Assembly (NCBI RefSeq): GCF_009914755.1 | Contig: NC_060942.1 | Direction: 5' to 3' (one strand) | DNA length: 64,000 nucleotides | Source of the DNA: the human T2T-CHM13v2.0 reference genome, Homo sapiens | Part shown: piece after piece, positions 1 through 14,938 of the stretch | Layout: each line of letters begins with the position of its first letter | How positions within the stretch are numbered: the stretch's first letter is position 1 | Made by a program: the position numbers and the translations under genes | The notes under the pieces: generated by a model | The model's input: only the letters and a program-made list of their open reading frames with translations | Told to the model about the DNA's origin: nothing | Database searches by the model: none

Positions 1-108
1 TTGCTGAAGGGTTTTTACATCTACATTCATAAAGGAATGCTGTTCTGTAGTTTATCACTGTGTCTTTGTATGGTTTGGAGGAAGAGATTATTTTAAGCAA
101 CAGATTAA

Positions 109-426
<318 letters not shown>

Positions 427-3172
427 TAAAACATAATTGTGGGTTTATTCCAACATGTATTAGGAGAATGCTGACTTTTCCTCTGTGATAGTAAATTCCC
501 TCTTAACATATATTTAAATAAAATACGTCCGTGTACAGAAAGTTATTAAGTAAATGACACAGTGGGTACGGCTGCAGTAGAATCTTGAAAATAGCATGAC
601 CGTGACTGACCCCTCGACACCCCTGCTGCAGTAAAAAGGCTGTGGGATTGAGTGTTGCCTCTCAGGGGCCTCAGCTCTGCCCCAAACGCAAACACACAGA
701 TTATGAAACATCAGCACAGATTACTATGCAGGGAGGGTGCCTGACTGTGCACCGGAAACAACTGCCCCTGACTGCCACCTGGAATGTCGTCATCTTTACA
801 GTCAAATCCACTGAGGACAGCGAGAGGCAGCTCTGATTTTCCCAAAGACAGGACCGAGGGGCCAGTGAAGGGCTTGTCATCAGCAGATGTCGCTGTTAAG
901 CTCTGACAACAACCCCAGAGACAGGCACTACCACCCGTGCCACAGATGAGGACGGTAGAGCTCTGCGGGATGAGGCGTGTGTTTGTGTCACAAAGCCAGG
1001 GAGAAGGTGGGGTCTGAGTTCAGGTCTCCCTAGCTCCACACTGTAACATGACAGAGGAAGGCAGGGGCTGCTGGCGACACGCTCACGCTATAACCACGAG
1101 AGACTGAGAAACCCTGAGCCAGCTAGTTAAACTGGGCTACTACTCTGAGGGCAGAGGAAGAAGGAAAAATAAATGATGAAGACTGAACACAGGGCCCCAG
1201 CCAGCAAGCTGGAAAGAGGCAGAGTGTCCGAGCTGCTGCTGGAGGTTAGCACGTTCCCATGGGCAACACACAAGCCCACTTTCTGGTCCCAGCCCAGCTT
1301 TGATGCATCCCCAGTAGAGGGTGCCAAGACGCCTGGGGCCCACCTCCAAAGGGCACAGTGCCTTCTGCTGGCCTTCACCCCAGCTCCACAGTCAGCGGGA
1401 CAAAAAGACTTGTTTCCTGCACGATGGGCAACAAAGCCTGTGCGCACATCTGCAGTTTACACACCTTCTTCACACCATTGCTCACCCCACACCATGTGAG
1501 CAAATGCTGTGACCTGGGATGGCAGGGGCACAGCCAGGAACACACCCCCACCCTACGCTCCTGGTCGGGTGGAGACAGACGGCAAACCAGCTCTGGGAGC
1601 AATGGACAGAGCCCAGAGGAAGCCGAGTAAGAGGACAGAGGACGACAGGCAGAGGGGAACACGGGCTCATCAGATCAAGCAGCTGAGACCAGGCCTTCCT
1701 GAGAAGGCAGCCTGTGAACAGATACAGACACCCAGGCAATGTGAAGGGGTAGAGAGTTCCAGGGCAGGGGGCAGGGGGCACAGGCCTCCATTCCAGGACC
1801 AGCCAAGCAGCAAGCAGCCACTGCAGAGGGCAGCATACAGAGGACCGAGGTGTGGCACGCTGGAGGCTGTGCAGAGCCATGCAGAGACAGCGAGGGTCCT
1901 TGCCCCCAGCAACCCCGAAGGACTGATGTGGAAGCTGAAGCTGAGCCCGTCCCCCAGGCCACTGTGAGGAAGTGACAGCTGTGTTGACTTCTCAGCACCG
2001 TCAGCAGGATACCCAGGCCCAGTGAGAACTGCAGATGCAGAGTGTTCTGATCTTGTGCCAGAGAATCTGTCTGAAGTGAGGTCAACGAGTCTCCTGCCGT
2101 TCCCTTCATCACCACAAATGGGAATAACAGCCATAGCTAGTATTTACAGAGCAGGGACGAGGAGCTGGCAGCACGCTGCTCAGCATCACCCTCACAGAAA
2201 CTGGATGGGGGTTACTATGAGGACCCTCGTTTTGCAAAGCAGGACGCTGGGGTGAAGGAGGCGGAGGGCCTCGTCTGAGAACTCGCCCAGCCCGCCTCCC
2301 ACCCAGCACCCTGCTGCTGCTTCCTCTAGTCTCAGCTCAGCCTTTCCTCCGGGAAACCTCTCCTAGCTGTCCCAGAGACTCTGGCAGCAGATCCATGAGG
2401 GCAGACAGGGCACACTGCAACCTCACCTTGCAACTGTCACCACTGGCTGCTTGGTTCCTTGAGGTGGTCAGTGTTCACCACCTGCACCGTGGGGCCGCCC
2501 AAAGGAGAGGCAGTCAGTTATAAAAATGCCATTTTCCCAATATCAAGCCTCACCTGCAGGTGCTTCTTTCTTTCAGCATATTATTTTGAAACAACAAGGT
2601 TCTCCGAAGTTTGGAGATGGAAAAAAAATCTAAATGCAGTCCAGAGACGTGAGCAGTATGAGGTCCCACAATAAGTCAGCAGTAGGGCACCCCTTCCCTT
2701 TCAGCCATTAACCTATGTTAGTAATTTATTTTAACATAAAATGATATTATTACTTATAGCGAAACTGGGCCTCAGAGCTAAAAGTTAACCAAAGTTATCA
2801 TCGAAAGCTAACATGCTCCCTCCTCCTAACAAGATGATGGAGGGCATGCACCGTAACCCCAAGTTTCATTCTGAGGCCACTGACTCAAGCCTCCTTATCA
2901 CTGAGTCATTTCACTTCTAGTTAAATGACTGGAAGTATCAATATTATTCTTTCTTCAGTATTTAAAAGTCAGAAGTCAATATCATTTAAAGTAGAAAACA
3001 CAGTTTAGTATTTTGTCTATTAATGCTGATGAAACAATTTTTAATTTCTTTAATCTCCTACTACAGGTTAGAAAACGAACCACATAGTCCTGTAATGACA
3101 GAAAAAATTGAAAACTGTATTTTAAAAATGATTTCTCAACAAGACCAGCCGGCCACTCAACCACTTCAGTAC

Positions 3173-3395
3173 CTCGTTTCTGGATGAAGACCCTGAGCAG
3201 GGGATTTGCACTAGAAACCGCCTTGCAGAAGTTGTCATCATTGTTGATGGGCAGCAGGTCTCCGTGCACATCTGCATAGCCAATAGTTACATCACTGTTG
3301 GAGATATGGTGGGTGTGCACAACCAGCTTGTAGAAATCTTCAAACTTCCCAGGCTTATGACGGTCCAGAGAGAACCTTCGGAATTCCGCCCCAAA
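3173..3395 (-). CDS. PARD6G: PARD6G coding exon 2 (223 nt; PB1 domain, [74 protein letters not shown])
   Basis: Acceptor ttgtag|TTT at 3396/3395 and donor GAG|gtactg at 3173/3172. In frame with exon 1. Contains the Par6 PB1 signature [16 protein letters not shown]. The CRIB-PDZ exon is expected left of the window. Confidence 0.97.
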
Positions 3396-4774
3396 CTACA
3401 ATGCAAGAGACGGGGTGGGGGGAGGGGCATTAATAAATACCAGAGAAATATCCAGAAATAAGGTGTGGTTAGTGTACTTAACAAACAAGTATTTACATTC
3501 CACATTTTCTTTAATCAATCATCCACTGATAGACACATAAGTTGATTTCATCTTTGCTATTATGAATAGTGCTGGAATGAAGCTACAAATGCTTTTAATA
3601 CGATTTCTCTTCCTTTGGGTAGAAACACAATAGTAAGACTGCTGGATCCAATGGTAACTCTATTTTCAGTTCTCTGAGATATCTCATACTGTTTGCTACA
3701 GAGGCTGATGAATTTAAAATGTTGTATTAAGAAAATAAAAGGACAAGTATTTATTAATTCTCCACAAGGGCCTGGGGAGATAGTGACAAACAGCTCAGTT
3801 CTCACAGAGCTCACAGTGACTAAATAAGAAATTATAATACAGGAAGAGGGACCCTAAACAATTAAAAGCAGTAGTGACTCAGGCAGCAGCTCGCTCATCC
3901 ACAGAGACCCAGGACGGCCCTCTCGTCCACACTGACCGAGGGACAGCTCAGTCATCAACACAGATGAATATCCTGAGGACAGGATAGGACGGGCTGTGTA
4001 GCTCATGTTGTAGGAAAAAGCAACGTCAAAATTAATGTTAATTTTTTGGGTGGCATGAAAGGAGAATCCTTCCTCAGCAAGGTCCCTTGCCTCATCTGTG
4101 GTTGCTGAAGGGACATCTGCACAGCTTGGGGCAGGGCTTAGGAAACTCAGAGGCAGGAGAGGACGCAAGGCCGGATGAAACCTCGGGACTGTTTCCAAAG
4201 GCAAAAGACCATTAAGACCTTACGGGTCTTAATTTTAAGCTAGGAAGTGTCTTCATTTGATTTGTACTTTAGTAATGGTTACATTTCAAAAGGATCAGAA
4301 GTAGACATGAAATTGCAAGAATAAAGGAACCTGGTTAAAATCATACAAGTCCAAGGGAGACAGGATGATGGTCTGGTCTTTTTCCTAAAGGCGACATGTA
4401 CACCCGCCTCAGGAGCTGTCATTAGGTGGTCCAGGTTTGGGAAACATCTAGGGACTAACCTCTTTTCCAGCAGACCCCAACCCTGGCTCAGATGCCCATG
4501 AGCTGCCCGCAGAGCTCCAGGATACCCTCCAAGAGAGGACCCCAGGGGGACATGAGGTTAGGGTCATGCCCAAGGGTTCCGGCTCCTGTCATTCCTCACT
4601 CGGCAATTCGGGATCTTTATTCATCAGGTGGTACATATACAGTTGAAAACTAATTAGATTGGTTCCAAAATATATACAAATAAAGTAATGTTTATGGAAA
4701 ACTAGTCATTATATCATCTAGACATTGTATGAATGAGTCAGGGAAGGTCATCTAAGATCAGACGTGTTTGTGCC

Positions 4775-4905
4775 AGGATCACCTGGAGGCCCCCCAGAGT
4801 TCTGGATTTGACTGTGCTGAGGTACAGCCTAAGAATCTGCATTTTAACAAGTTCCTGAAAGAGCTGATGCTATTGATCTGGGGACCACACACAGAGAACC
4901 ACTGG
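4775..4905. mobile_element. MER5A-like hAT DNA transposon fragment
   Basis: cctaagaatctgcattttaacaagttcc...ggggaccacac..gagaaccactg resembles the MER5A consensus. Confidence 0.65.
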
Positions 4906-5129
4906 TTTTATGGGAATCAGCCACTAGACCCTAACCTCCACAGATTCTTTGTGAAACTGAATTGCTCAAGAACAAATCTCCTTTTCTACCTCCCTTTCAA
5001 AAAGCACTTCCCCCAGGTTACCAAAAGCAAAACAAACCTCTCATCCATTGTGCACTGCCCTCAGCAATTAAAAAAAAAAAAAAAATCTCCAGGGCCTACA
5101 ACAATGGGACAATTCAAAATACTGGCTTG

Positions 5130-5464
<335 letters not shown>

Positions 5465-5863
5465 CTAATCAAAGCCCCTCTAACCTACGGTCTACATACT
5501 CAGTAAGGGAAGAAGTGGGACCCCAGAACTTGGTATTTGGACAGTTACATGCTCTGAACACGGCTGCACCCTGGAAGGGGCAGAGGAAAGGGCTCTCCTC
5601 TATCTCCTGCTATTGTCAGAAGTGCAGAGCAGAGCAAACCCTTGAAATCTCTCCCCGTTATTCAAGGGGAAACGTTCACCCAAGGATGACACTGGTACAG
5701 CATGTAGGCGATGCAGATTCTTTCACACACAGGGGCTCCAAAACTTTAAGACACACATGTAAAGCCTACAACATCAGTTTTATGCGGTATCTTTCAGATC
5801 ACAAAGCATTTATTTCACTAACATCAATCCTTGTCTTTCCCATCTCACATAGCTCATATATAC

Positions 5864-6281
5864 TCACACGGTTTGCATCTGTGTCCCCACCCAGGTCTCA
5901 TGGTGAATTGTAATCCCCAGTGTTGGAGGAGGGGCCTGGTGGGAGGTGACTGGATCATGAGGGCAGAGCTCTTATGAATGGTTAAGCCCAACTCCAGGTG
6001 CTGTTCTTGTGATGGTGAGTGAGTGAGTGATCACGAGATCTGGTTGTTTTAAAAGTGTGTAGCACCTTCCCCCTCTTTTAGTCCTGCTCCTGCCATGTAG
6101 GATGCCTACTCCCATCTTGCCTTCTGCCATGAGTAAAAGCTCCCTGAGGCCGTCCCAGGAGCAGATGGTCACCATGCTTCCTGTGCAGCCTGTGGAACCG
6201 TGAGCCAATTAAGTCTCTTTTCTTTATAAACCACCCAGTCTGTAGTCTTTCTTTACAGCTATGTGAGAATGGACTAATACA
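5864..6281 (+). mobile_element. MST (ERVL-MaLR) solo LTR
   Basis: ggtttgcatctgtgtccccaccc...gtgagccaattaa...ggactaataca, typical MSTA/MSTB LTR ends. Confidence 0.85.
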
Positions 6282-7213
6282 TATACCAACTTCCAAAGCA
6301 ATTTCCTTGTATCACTATATGGCTTTCGTTTAACTGAATACATAAGATAATTTAATCATGTCTAATGCAACTAGTAAGAGTGTTTTTGAATTTTATATAA
6401 TTCTCACTTCAGTATCACCGCAAAGGGATACAGCTCACTTTCACCTCAGGAACGCCAGGCCTCCCTGAAACAGCATAGGCTAAATGTTAGTTCTACAATG
6501 TTTCAGTCTTAACTTTATTTAGCAACTAACCTAAAACACATCTCAGTTTCTCAGTACGTTCAATAATTTTCTCAAAATATGTCTTAGCATGTTAACTTGA
6601 AATGAAAAATAAATTCAGACTGTTTCCTGAGAGAAAACAAGGTTGATTTGTGTTTAATGATGAGGCTGACTTTGCCAACCCAGCTATATGGTAAACATGC
6701 TTCATATGTTGAATGAGCTCCAAAGTTTTGACAAAAAGAGATGTGAAATGTGACATGACAAAAGCATTGTATTTAAAAATCATATTGGTATTGGGTACTA
6801 AATATTTTTATTTCCCCATGATATCAGATTAAACAAGAGTCCTCTAAATGAAGGAATTAGCAGGTATAATTCATTGTCACATACTTCTTGGTAAAGTCCT
6901 TCCAGTATACTTACCAGAAACTGAAACAGTGAATGGCTCTAATGACCAGGCAATAAACCTTGCAAGTCAAGTAGTTTCCAATTACTTGCTTTTGACAAAA
7001 TATAAAGTTGTCCTAACTGAACTGTCAGCTAATTATCAAAATAATTTTGAGAGACCACCCTATTATTTTTGTCACACAACCTGTTGAGAGTTCAAAGAAC
7101 TGAGCTGTGCTTAGGGGCCTTCACTCTCATCTACCTGAGTGTGCAAATGAAGCTTCACAGTGTTGACACCCAACAATAAAAATTGCAAAACAATTAGTGC
7201 CAGCCTACCTCAT

Positions 7214-7973
7214 TTATCAATAAATACTTAACAGTAAATGAAAGATTCTTCAAATGTTTATTTGGATGGCTAGTGATTATCAATAAATACTTAACAGTAA
7301 ATGAAAGATTCTTCAGATGTTTATTTGGATGGCTAGTGATTATCAATAAATACTTAACGTAAATGAAAGATTCTTCAGATGTTTACTTGGATGGCTAGTG
7401 ATTATCAATAAATACTTAACAGTAAATGAAAGATTCTTCAGATGTTTATTTGGATGGCTAGTGATTATCAATAAAGACTTAACAGTAAATGAAAGATTCT
7501 TCCGATGTTTATTTGGATGGCTAGTGATTATCAATAAATACTTAACAGTAAATGAAAGATTCTTCCGATGTTTATTTGGATGGCTAGTGATTATCAATAA
7601 ATACTTAACAGTAAATGAAAGATTCTTCCGATGTTTACTTGGATGGCTAGTGATTATCAATAAATACTTAACAGTAAATGAAAGATTCTTCAGATGTTTA
7701 TTTGGATGGCTAGTGATTATCAATAAATACTTAACAGTAAATGAAAGATTCTTCCGATGTTTATTTGGATGGCTAGTGATTATCAATAAATACTTAACAG
7801 TAAATGAAAGATTCTTCCGATGTTTATTTGGATGGCTAGTGATTATCAATAAATACTTAACAGTAAATGAAAGATTCTTCCGAAGTTTATTTGGATGGCT
7901 AGTGATTATCAATAAATACTTAATGTAAACGAAAGATTCTTCAGATGTTTACTTGGATGGCTAGTGATTATCA
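7214..7973. repeat. 63-bp VNTR, ~12 copies
   Basis: Near-identical tandem units TTATCAATAAATACTTAACAGTAAATGAAAGATTCTTC(A/C)GATGTTTA(T/C)TTGGATGGCTAGTGA; 21-aa periodicity in the ORF track. Confidence 0.97.
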
Positions 7974-8486
7974 AATTGCACAACTATGTTCCAATCACCA
8001 TTTGATAATACTTGTTAATAACTCAATCTAGAAATTTACTATAACAATCTATTTCATTTATAATTGTGGTAAAACACACATAAAATTTACCATATTAGCT
8101 CTTTTTAAGTGTACAGTTCAGGAGTGTACATTCACACTGTTATGCACCCACTCTCTAGATTGCTTTTCATCTTGCAAGCTAGAACCCTATACTAGTAAAC
8201 AACTTAAAAATATTTTTAACAAATAGAGCCCCAGGACCACAAGAGAAAAATATTTGAACTTCAATTTATACATATTTTTTGTTGCAGAGAAGAGTAACAG
8301 GGGTAACGAAGCATAAGTTATTAGAATAAAATATTAGGACAAAAATCTCTTGAGGGAGTAATGGGAAGAAGAAATCAAAGAGAAAAAGAAACCATGTATA
8401 ATTTCTGATTAGAAAAGAGCTCTTCAGAGTCAGAAAAGTGGCAAAAATAAGAGTCTGTTTATCCTATTTTAAAATGCATGATAGTG

Positions 8487-8614
8487 GTATCAAATCACTG
8501 CAGCATTTAGATTTCACTGTATCAAATCACTGCAGCATTTAGATTTCACTGTATCAAATCACTGCAGCATTTAGATTTCACTGTATCAAATCACTGCAGC
8601 ATTTAGATTTCACT
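8487..8614. repeat. 32-bp tandem repeat, 4 perfect copies
   Basis: GTATCAAATCACTGCAGCATTTAGATTTCACT starting at 8487, 8519, 8551 and 8583. Confidence 0.97.
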
Positions 8615-9084
8615 GGCTGTATTTAGAAGATCATGCACCAAAAACTTTATTTGTAATGGAATATTTACAGCATGCTGTAAATTACATCCTTTGCAAACTA
8701 TTTATATTTACTAAAAAAAATTCAGGTACCAACTTAAAAATATATCATCCCCTTTTATAGTGGTAGTTTTTCAAAATTCTTTCAGGCTTCATGTGACATT
8801 TGAAGACCACAACATCAGAGTTCAGGGATCACTATGAAAATGCCTAAACCACCATTAAAGGTTAGCAGGAGACTTGGCACTCCCTAATATTTTCATTGTT
8901 TTTCATGTGGGTGTTTGTTCGTATAGCAGGACTTACAACAGGACGGCTGCTTCAACATCTGCTGGGCTTCATTCATTCACCTACTATCCCGCACATAAAA
9001 TGCCTCAAAGGGAGCCATCCTATCCCGGGAGGTCATCTCCTCACTCCAAACCAGTGACCAATTTCAATGAAAGATCAATACTCA

Positions 9085-9214
9085 AGCCAGGCATGGTGGT
9101 ATACACCTGTAGTCCCAGCTACTTGGAGGCTGAGGCAGGAGGATCACTTGAGCCCAGGAGTTCCAGGTCAGCCTGGGCAACATAGCAAGACCTTGTTTAT
9201 GTTAAAAAAAAAAA
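9085..9214 (+). mobile_element. Free Alu monomer (FLAM/FAM)
   Basis: Single Alu arm followed by an A tail. Confidence 0.85.
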
Positions 9215-9271
9215 TCAAATTTCCTAAAAAAGATTGCATTGCTGTGCCTGGCCTAGGTTAGTAGCAAGTTA

Positions 9272-9628
<357 letters not shown>

Positions 9629-9985
9629 CTATGAGCTGTATCATTTCCCCTTAAAAGGACCCATGGTTCCGAGGCAAAATGGCTAATTCCAGGTATATGG
9701 CAAGAAATGTATGTAAGCCTATGAATCCCATGTTTATTTTTAAAGAATAAGATTATTTGTTATTGGGAAATACACAGGTGTGCAAATTCTTATTCTTCAA
9801 TGCTTCTAGCTAAATGAACCCTCATTCATTATTTAGATAATGATTATTCTATTTTGTAGTTGACCCCAACTATTATTCCTACAACAGGATAGTAAAAAAC
9901 GGGGTTGGGGGAGATTTCATCTTTTAAAATTATTAAAAATTATCTCAAATACAAAATACCAAGATCAATAAGCAAAAGCGTATCA

Positions 9986-10291
<306 letters not shown>

Positions 10292-12462
10292 TCAAAAGCT
10301 TCTAAATGCAAATCATTTTTATTTTCTTTAAAATGTATTCAATGATAACATCATTATACTATAAATAGAAAATAAGAAATGTCCATCTATCACCTATATC
10401 ATATCAATCTCTATTAATCATATCTATCTATTCCCCCAACTCTAACTTCTTATCATAATTTTGACCCTTTTCCTTCCAGAAGAAGGGATAGAGCTCGAGA
10501 AGTGCTTGTTGAATGAATAATACCTTGGAGCCAGTTGCGATAAAAGTAATGTTCCATACAGCTCTTGGTCAATAAGCAAGGAGACAAAAAGATGATGGAA
10601 ACCCAAGACAGCTAGGAGCCTGGGAAGCACGACAGGAAAGATGACAGGACAGTGCTGTTTTAAGTTAATCTCCAAGCACTTCCAGAATGGAAGACTAGGA
10701 CCTGCAAATCTCTGCTTATCCATTAAAGACAGAATACTGGGAAAAACTGTCAAAACCAACTTTTAGAGAACCGTGGAAATTAATCAATGGCTTGCAACAA
10801 TGCAAGGAGTGTTTATTCTAGAAAAGCAGCTGAATCTCAGTAAGAGCAGCAAGCTTTGCGGTGCTTTCACTTCCTATCCACCTCTCAACTGTGAAATCCA
10901 GCAGCCTCACAGCCTGGGAGGGAGCAGAACCAGTCTGGAAGTTCCCCAAAGCCCACACTCAGGACTGTCATCGTCAGACCTGTCTTGCAGCTCCAGGAAA
11001 AGCCCTTCTCATAGGGTCAAGTTCAGTGGGAAAAGCCTTGTCCCCAGGGCATTTGCTGAACACAATCAGCATCAGCTGTTTAACATTTAAAGCTAATATG
11101 ATCAAAGTTTAAAAAAAAGTTTTTTTCCATGGGCCAAGTTTATTTTGTTAGTAGGACCAAAATAGGTTATCTACAAAGGGAACGACTAATTATAAACAAA
11201 TAATTATTGCATACTCCCTGCCAATTTTACATCTCTTGCCAGATACAAAGCATTTACTTTAATGAACTTACAACGAGTTACTTGCCTAAAACCACGGAAA
11301 GTGGGGATATTTTCAAAGCAGCTGCTTATGTGATATGACTGGCAAAACCTCCCCACCCCCCATCCCCAAACACACGTCACTAGTCATTCCTTTGAGTCAA
11401 TACATTGAAGGCCTCTGTTAAAATATGATCTGCTGACAGACAAATGGAACTATTCACATTTAGTTCAAACTAGTTGATTGAGTTTCTTAGTCACTTAGTA
11501 AAAGGTCCTTTGTGAAAGGGACCCAGTAGCATTTTTTTCTTTTTTTTTGAAAAGCCATCTGTATTTTTAGGTTTGCTTTTAAGTGAAAATTTTACAACAT
11601 GCTTGAAATTAGATCCTCTGCAGCTATTTATATTTCTTATGATAAAAATTAGATGCCAATTTAAAAATATATTATCTCCTTTACACTTGTTCTTAAAATT
11701 CTTTTAGAGGATATGTGATACTTGAAGATTGCTGCACTATGGTATAGAGATCACTGTGAAAGTGCCTGAGGAATAGTTACCATTGGGGCAAACAGGAATT
11801 GGACAAACACATTTAAAAGACAATGCTGGGACGCATACCCATTAGGATGGCTACTATCGAAAAAGCAAAATAGTAAGTGTTGGCAAAGATGTGGAGAAAT
11901 TGGAATCCTTGTGCACGACTGGTGATAACGTAAAGCAGTGCAGCTGCTGTGAAAAACAATATGGCAGTTCCTTAAAAACATTACAAATAGAATTACCATA
12001 TGATCCAGCATTCTACCTCTGGGTATATAACTAAAATAACCGAAGGTGGAATCTGGAGGAGATATTTGTATATCCATGTCCATAGCAGCATCATTCACAA
12101 TAGCTAGAATGTAAAAACCTAAGTATCCATCAATGGATGAATAGGCAAAAGGTGACACATACATACAATGGAATATTATTCCATCTTCAAAAGGAAGGAA
12201 ATTCTGATGTGCTACAACATGGACGAACCTTGAGGACATTATGCTGAGTGAAATAAGCTGGTCAGAGAAGGACAATACTGTATGATTCCACTTATATGAG
12301 GTAAATAGAGTACTCGAAATTTTATCACAGAGACAGAAAGTAGTATGGTTGGTGCCAGGGCCTTGAGGGAGGAGGAATGAGGAGTTTGAATGCAGAGTTT
12401 GAGTTTTACAAGATGAAAAGAGTTCTGGAAATGGGTGATGGCTGCGTAACAATATGAATATA

Positions 12463-13601
<1,139 letters not shown>

Positions 13602-14139
13602 GACTTAATACTACTGAACTGTACACATAAAAATGGTTAAGATGATGAAGTTTACGTCTATTTTACCACAATTTTTAAAAACGAAAAAAAGAAATCCTGG
13701 GGAGTGAGCTGTTCAAAGAAGGCTTTGAAAAGCTCTGATACATTCCAGAGATCTAGACAGCTACACAGGGGCAGGGCTTTGTGCATGGCCATGAAAGACC
13801 TGAGGCACCTGTGATCTTTTACATCTGACTCTGGGGTTCTGTGCAATCAGAAAGTGAAAGCTAAAGCAGACTTGGACTACCAGAGTGTTGAAGCTGTGTC
13901 CCAACAGATATAGAGCCACTCTACAAAGGCTGGGAGACTTATAGCTTCAAGGCATTTAAGGAAATCTCTATCTAATCATTAGCTGAACACTCAGCACACT
14001 AAGCAAAGATTGAAAGTCACACATGACAAAGAATACAGACTTCATAGAATTAGTCCAGGAAAGTCACTAAAAAATCCAACAGCAACAACAACAAAACCCT
14101 TGAGAAGGAAAGGTCCTATTCTTTAAAATGTTCAGTTTT

Positions 14140-14426
14140 GGCCGGGTGCAGTGGCTCACGCCTGTAATCCCAGCACTCTGGGAGGCCGAGGAGGGCGGAT
14201 CATGAGGTCAGGAGATCGAGACCATCCTGGCTAACACGATGAAACCCAGCCTCTACTAAAAATACAAAAAATTAACCAGGCGTGGTGGCGGGTGTGTGTA
14301 GTCCCAGCTACTCAGGAGGCTGAGGCAGGAGAATGGCATGAATCCGGAAGGCAGAGCTTGCAATGAGCCGAGATCATGCCACTGCACTCCAAGAGTGAGA
14401 CTCCATCTCAAAAAAAAAAAAAAAAA
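14140..14426 (+). mobile_element. AluY/Sc-type element
   Basis: gagatcgagaccatcctggctaacacg diagnostic; TSD GTTCAGTTTT. Confidence 0.92.
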
Positions 14427-14607
14427 GTTCAGTTTTGAGCAAAACTAAGAGATACACAAAGAAACTGAAATAAAAAGCCCATGCAGAGGAAAATAAAGCA
14501 GTCAGTAGAAACTGTCCATGAGGGGGCCCAGATGTTGTACTTCCTAGGCAAAGATTTTAAATTAGCTATTATAAATATTTTCAAAGAACTAAAGGAAAAC
14601 ATTTCTA

Positions 14608-14938
<331 letters not shown>

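Noticed and set aside
1127-2309. Many overlapping 60-150 aa ORFs
   Set aside because: GC-rich intron 2 sequence; no recognisable domain, and ORFs in all frames are expected by chance.
2982-3320. 112-aa ORF as a standalone gene
   Set aside because: It is part of PARD6G exon 2 reading through the donor into intron 2.
7343-7928. Repeat proteins encoded by the 63-bp VNTR
   Set aside because: By-product of a stop-free unit length divisible by 3; no promoter or splice context, and one copy is frameshifted.
8487-8614. CRISPR-like 32-bp repeats
   Set aside because: Head-to-tail with no spacers, in primate DNA with no cas genes.
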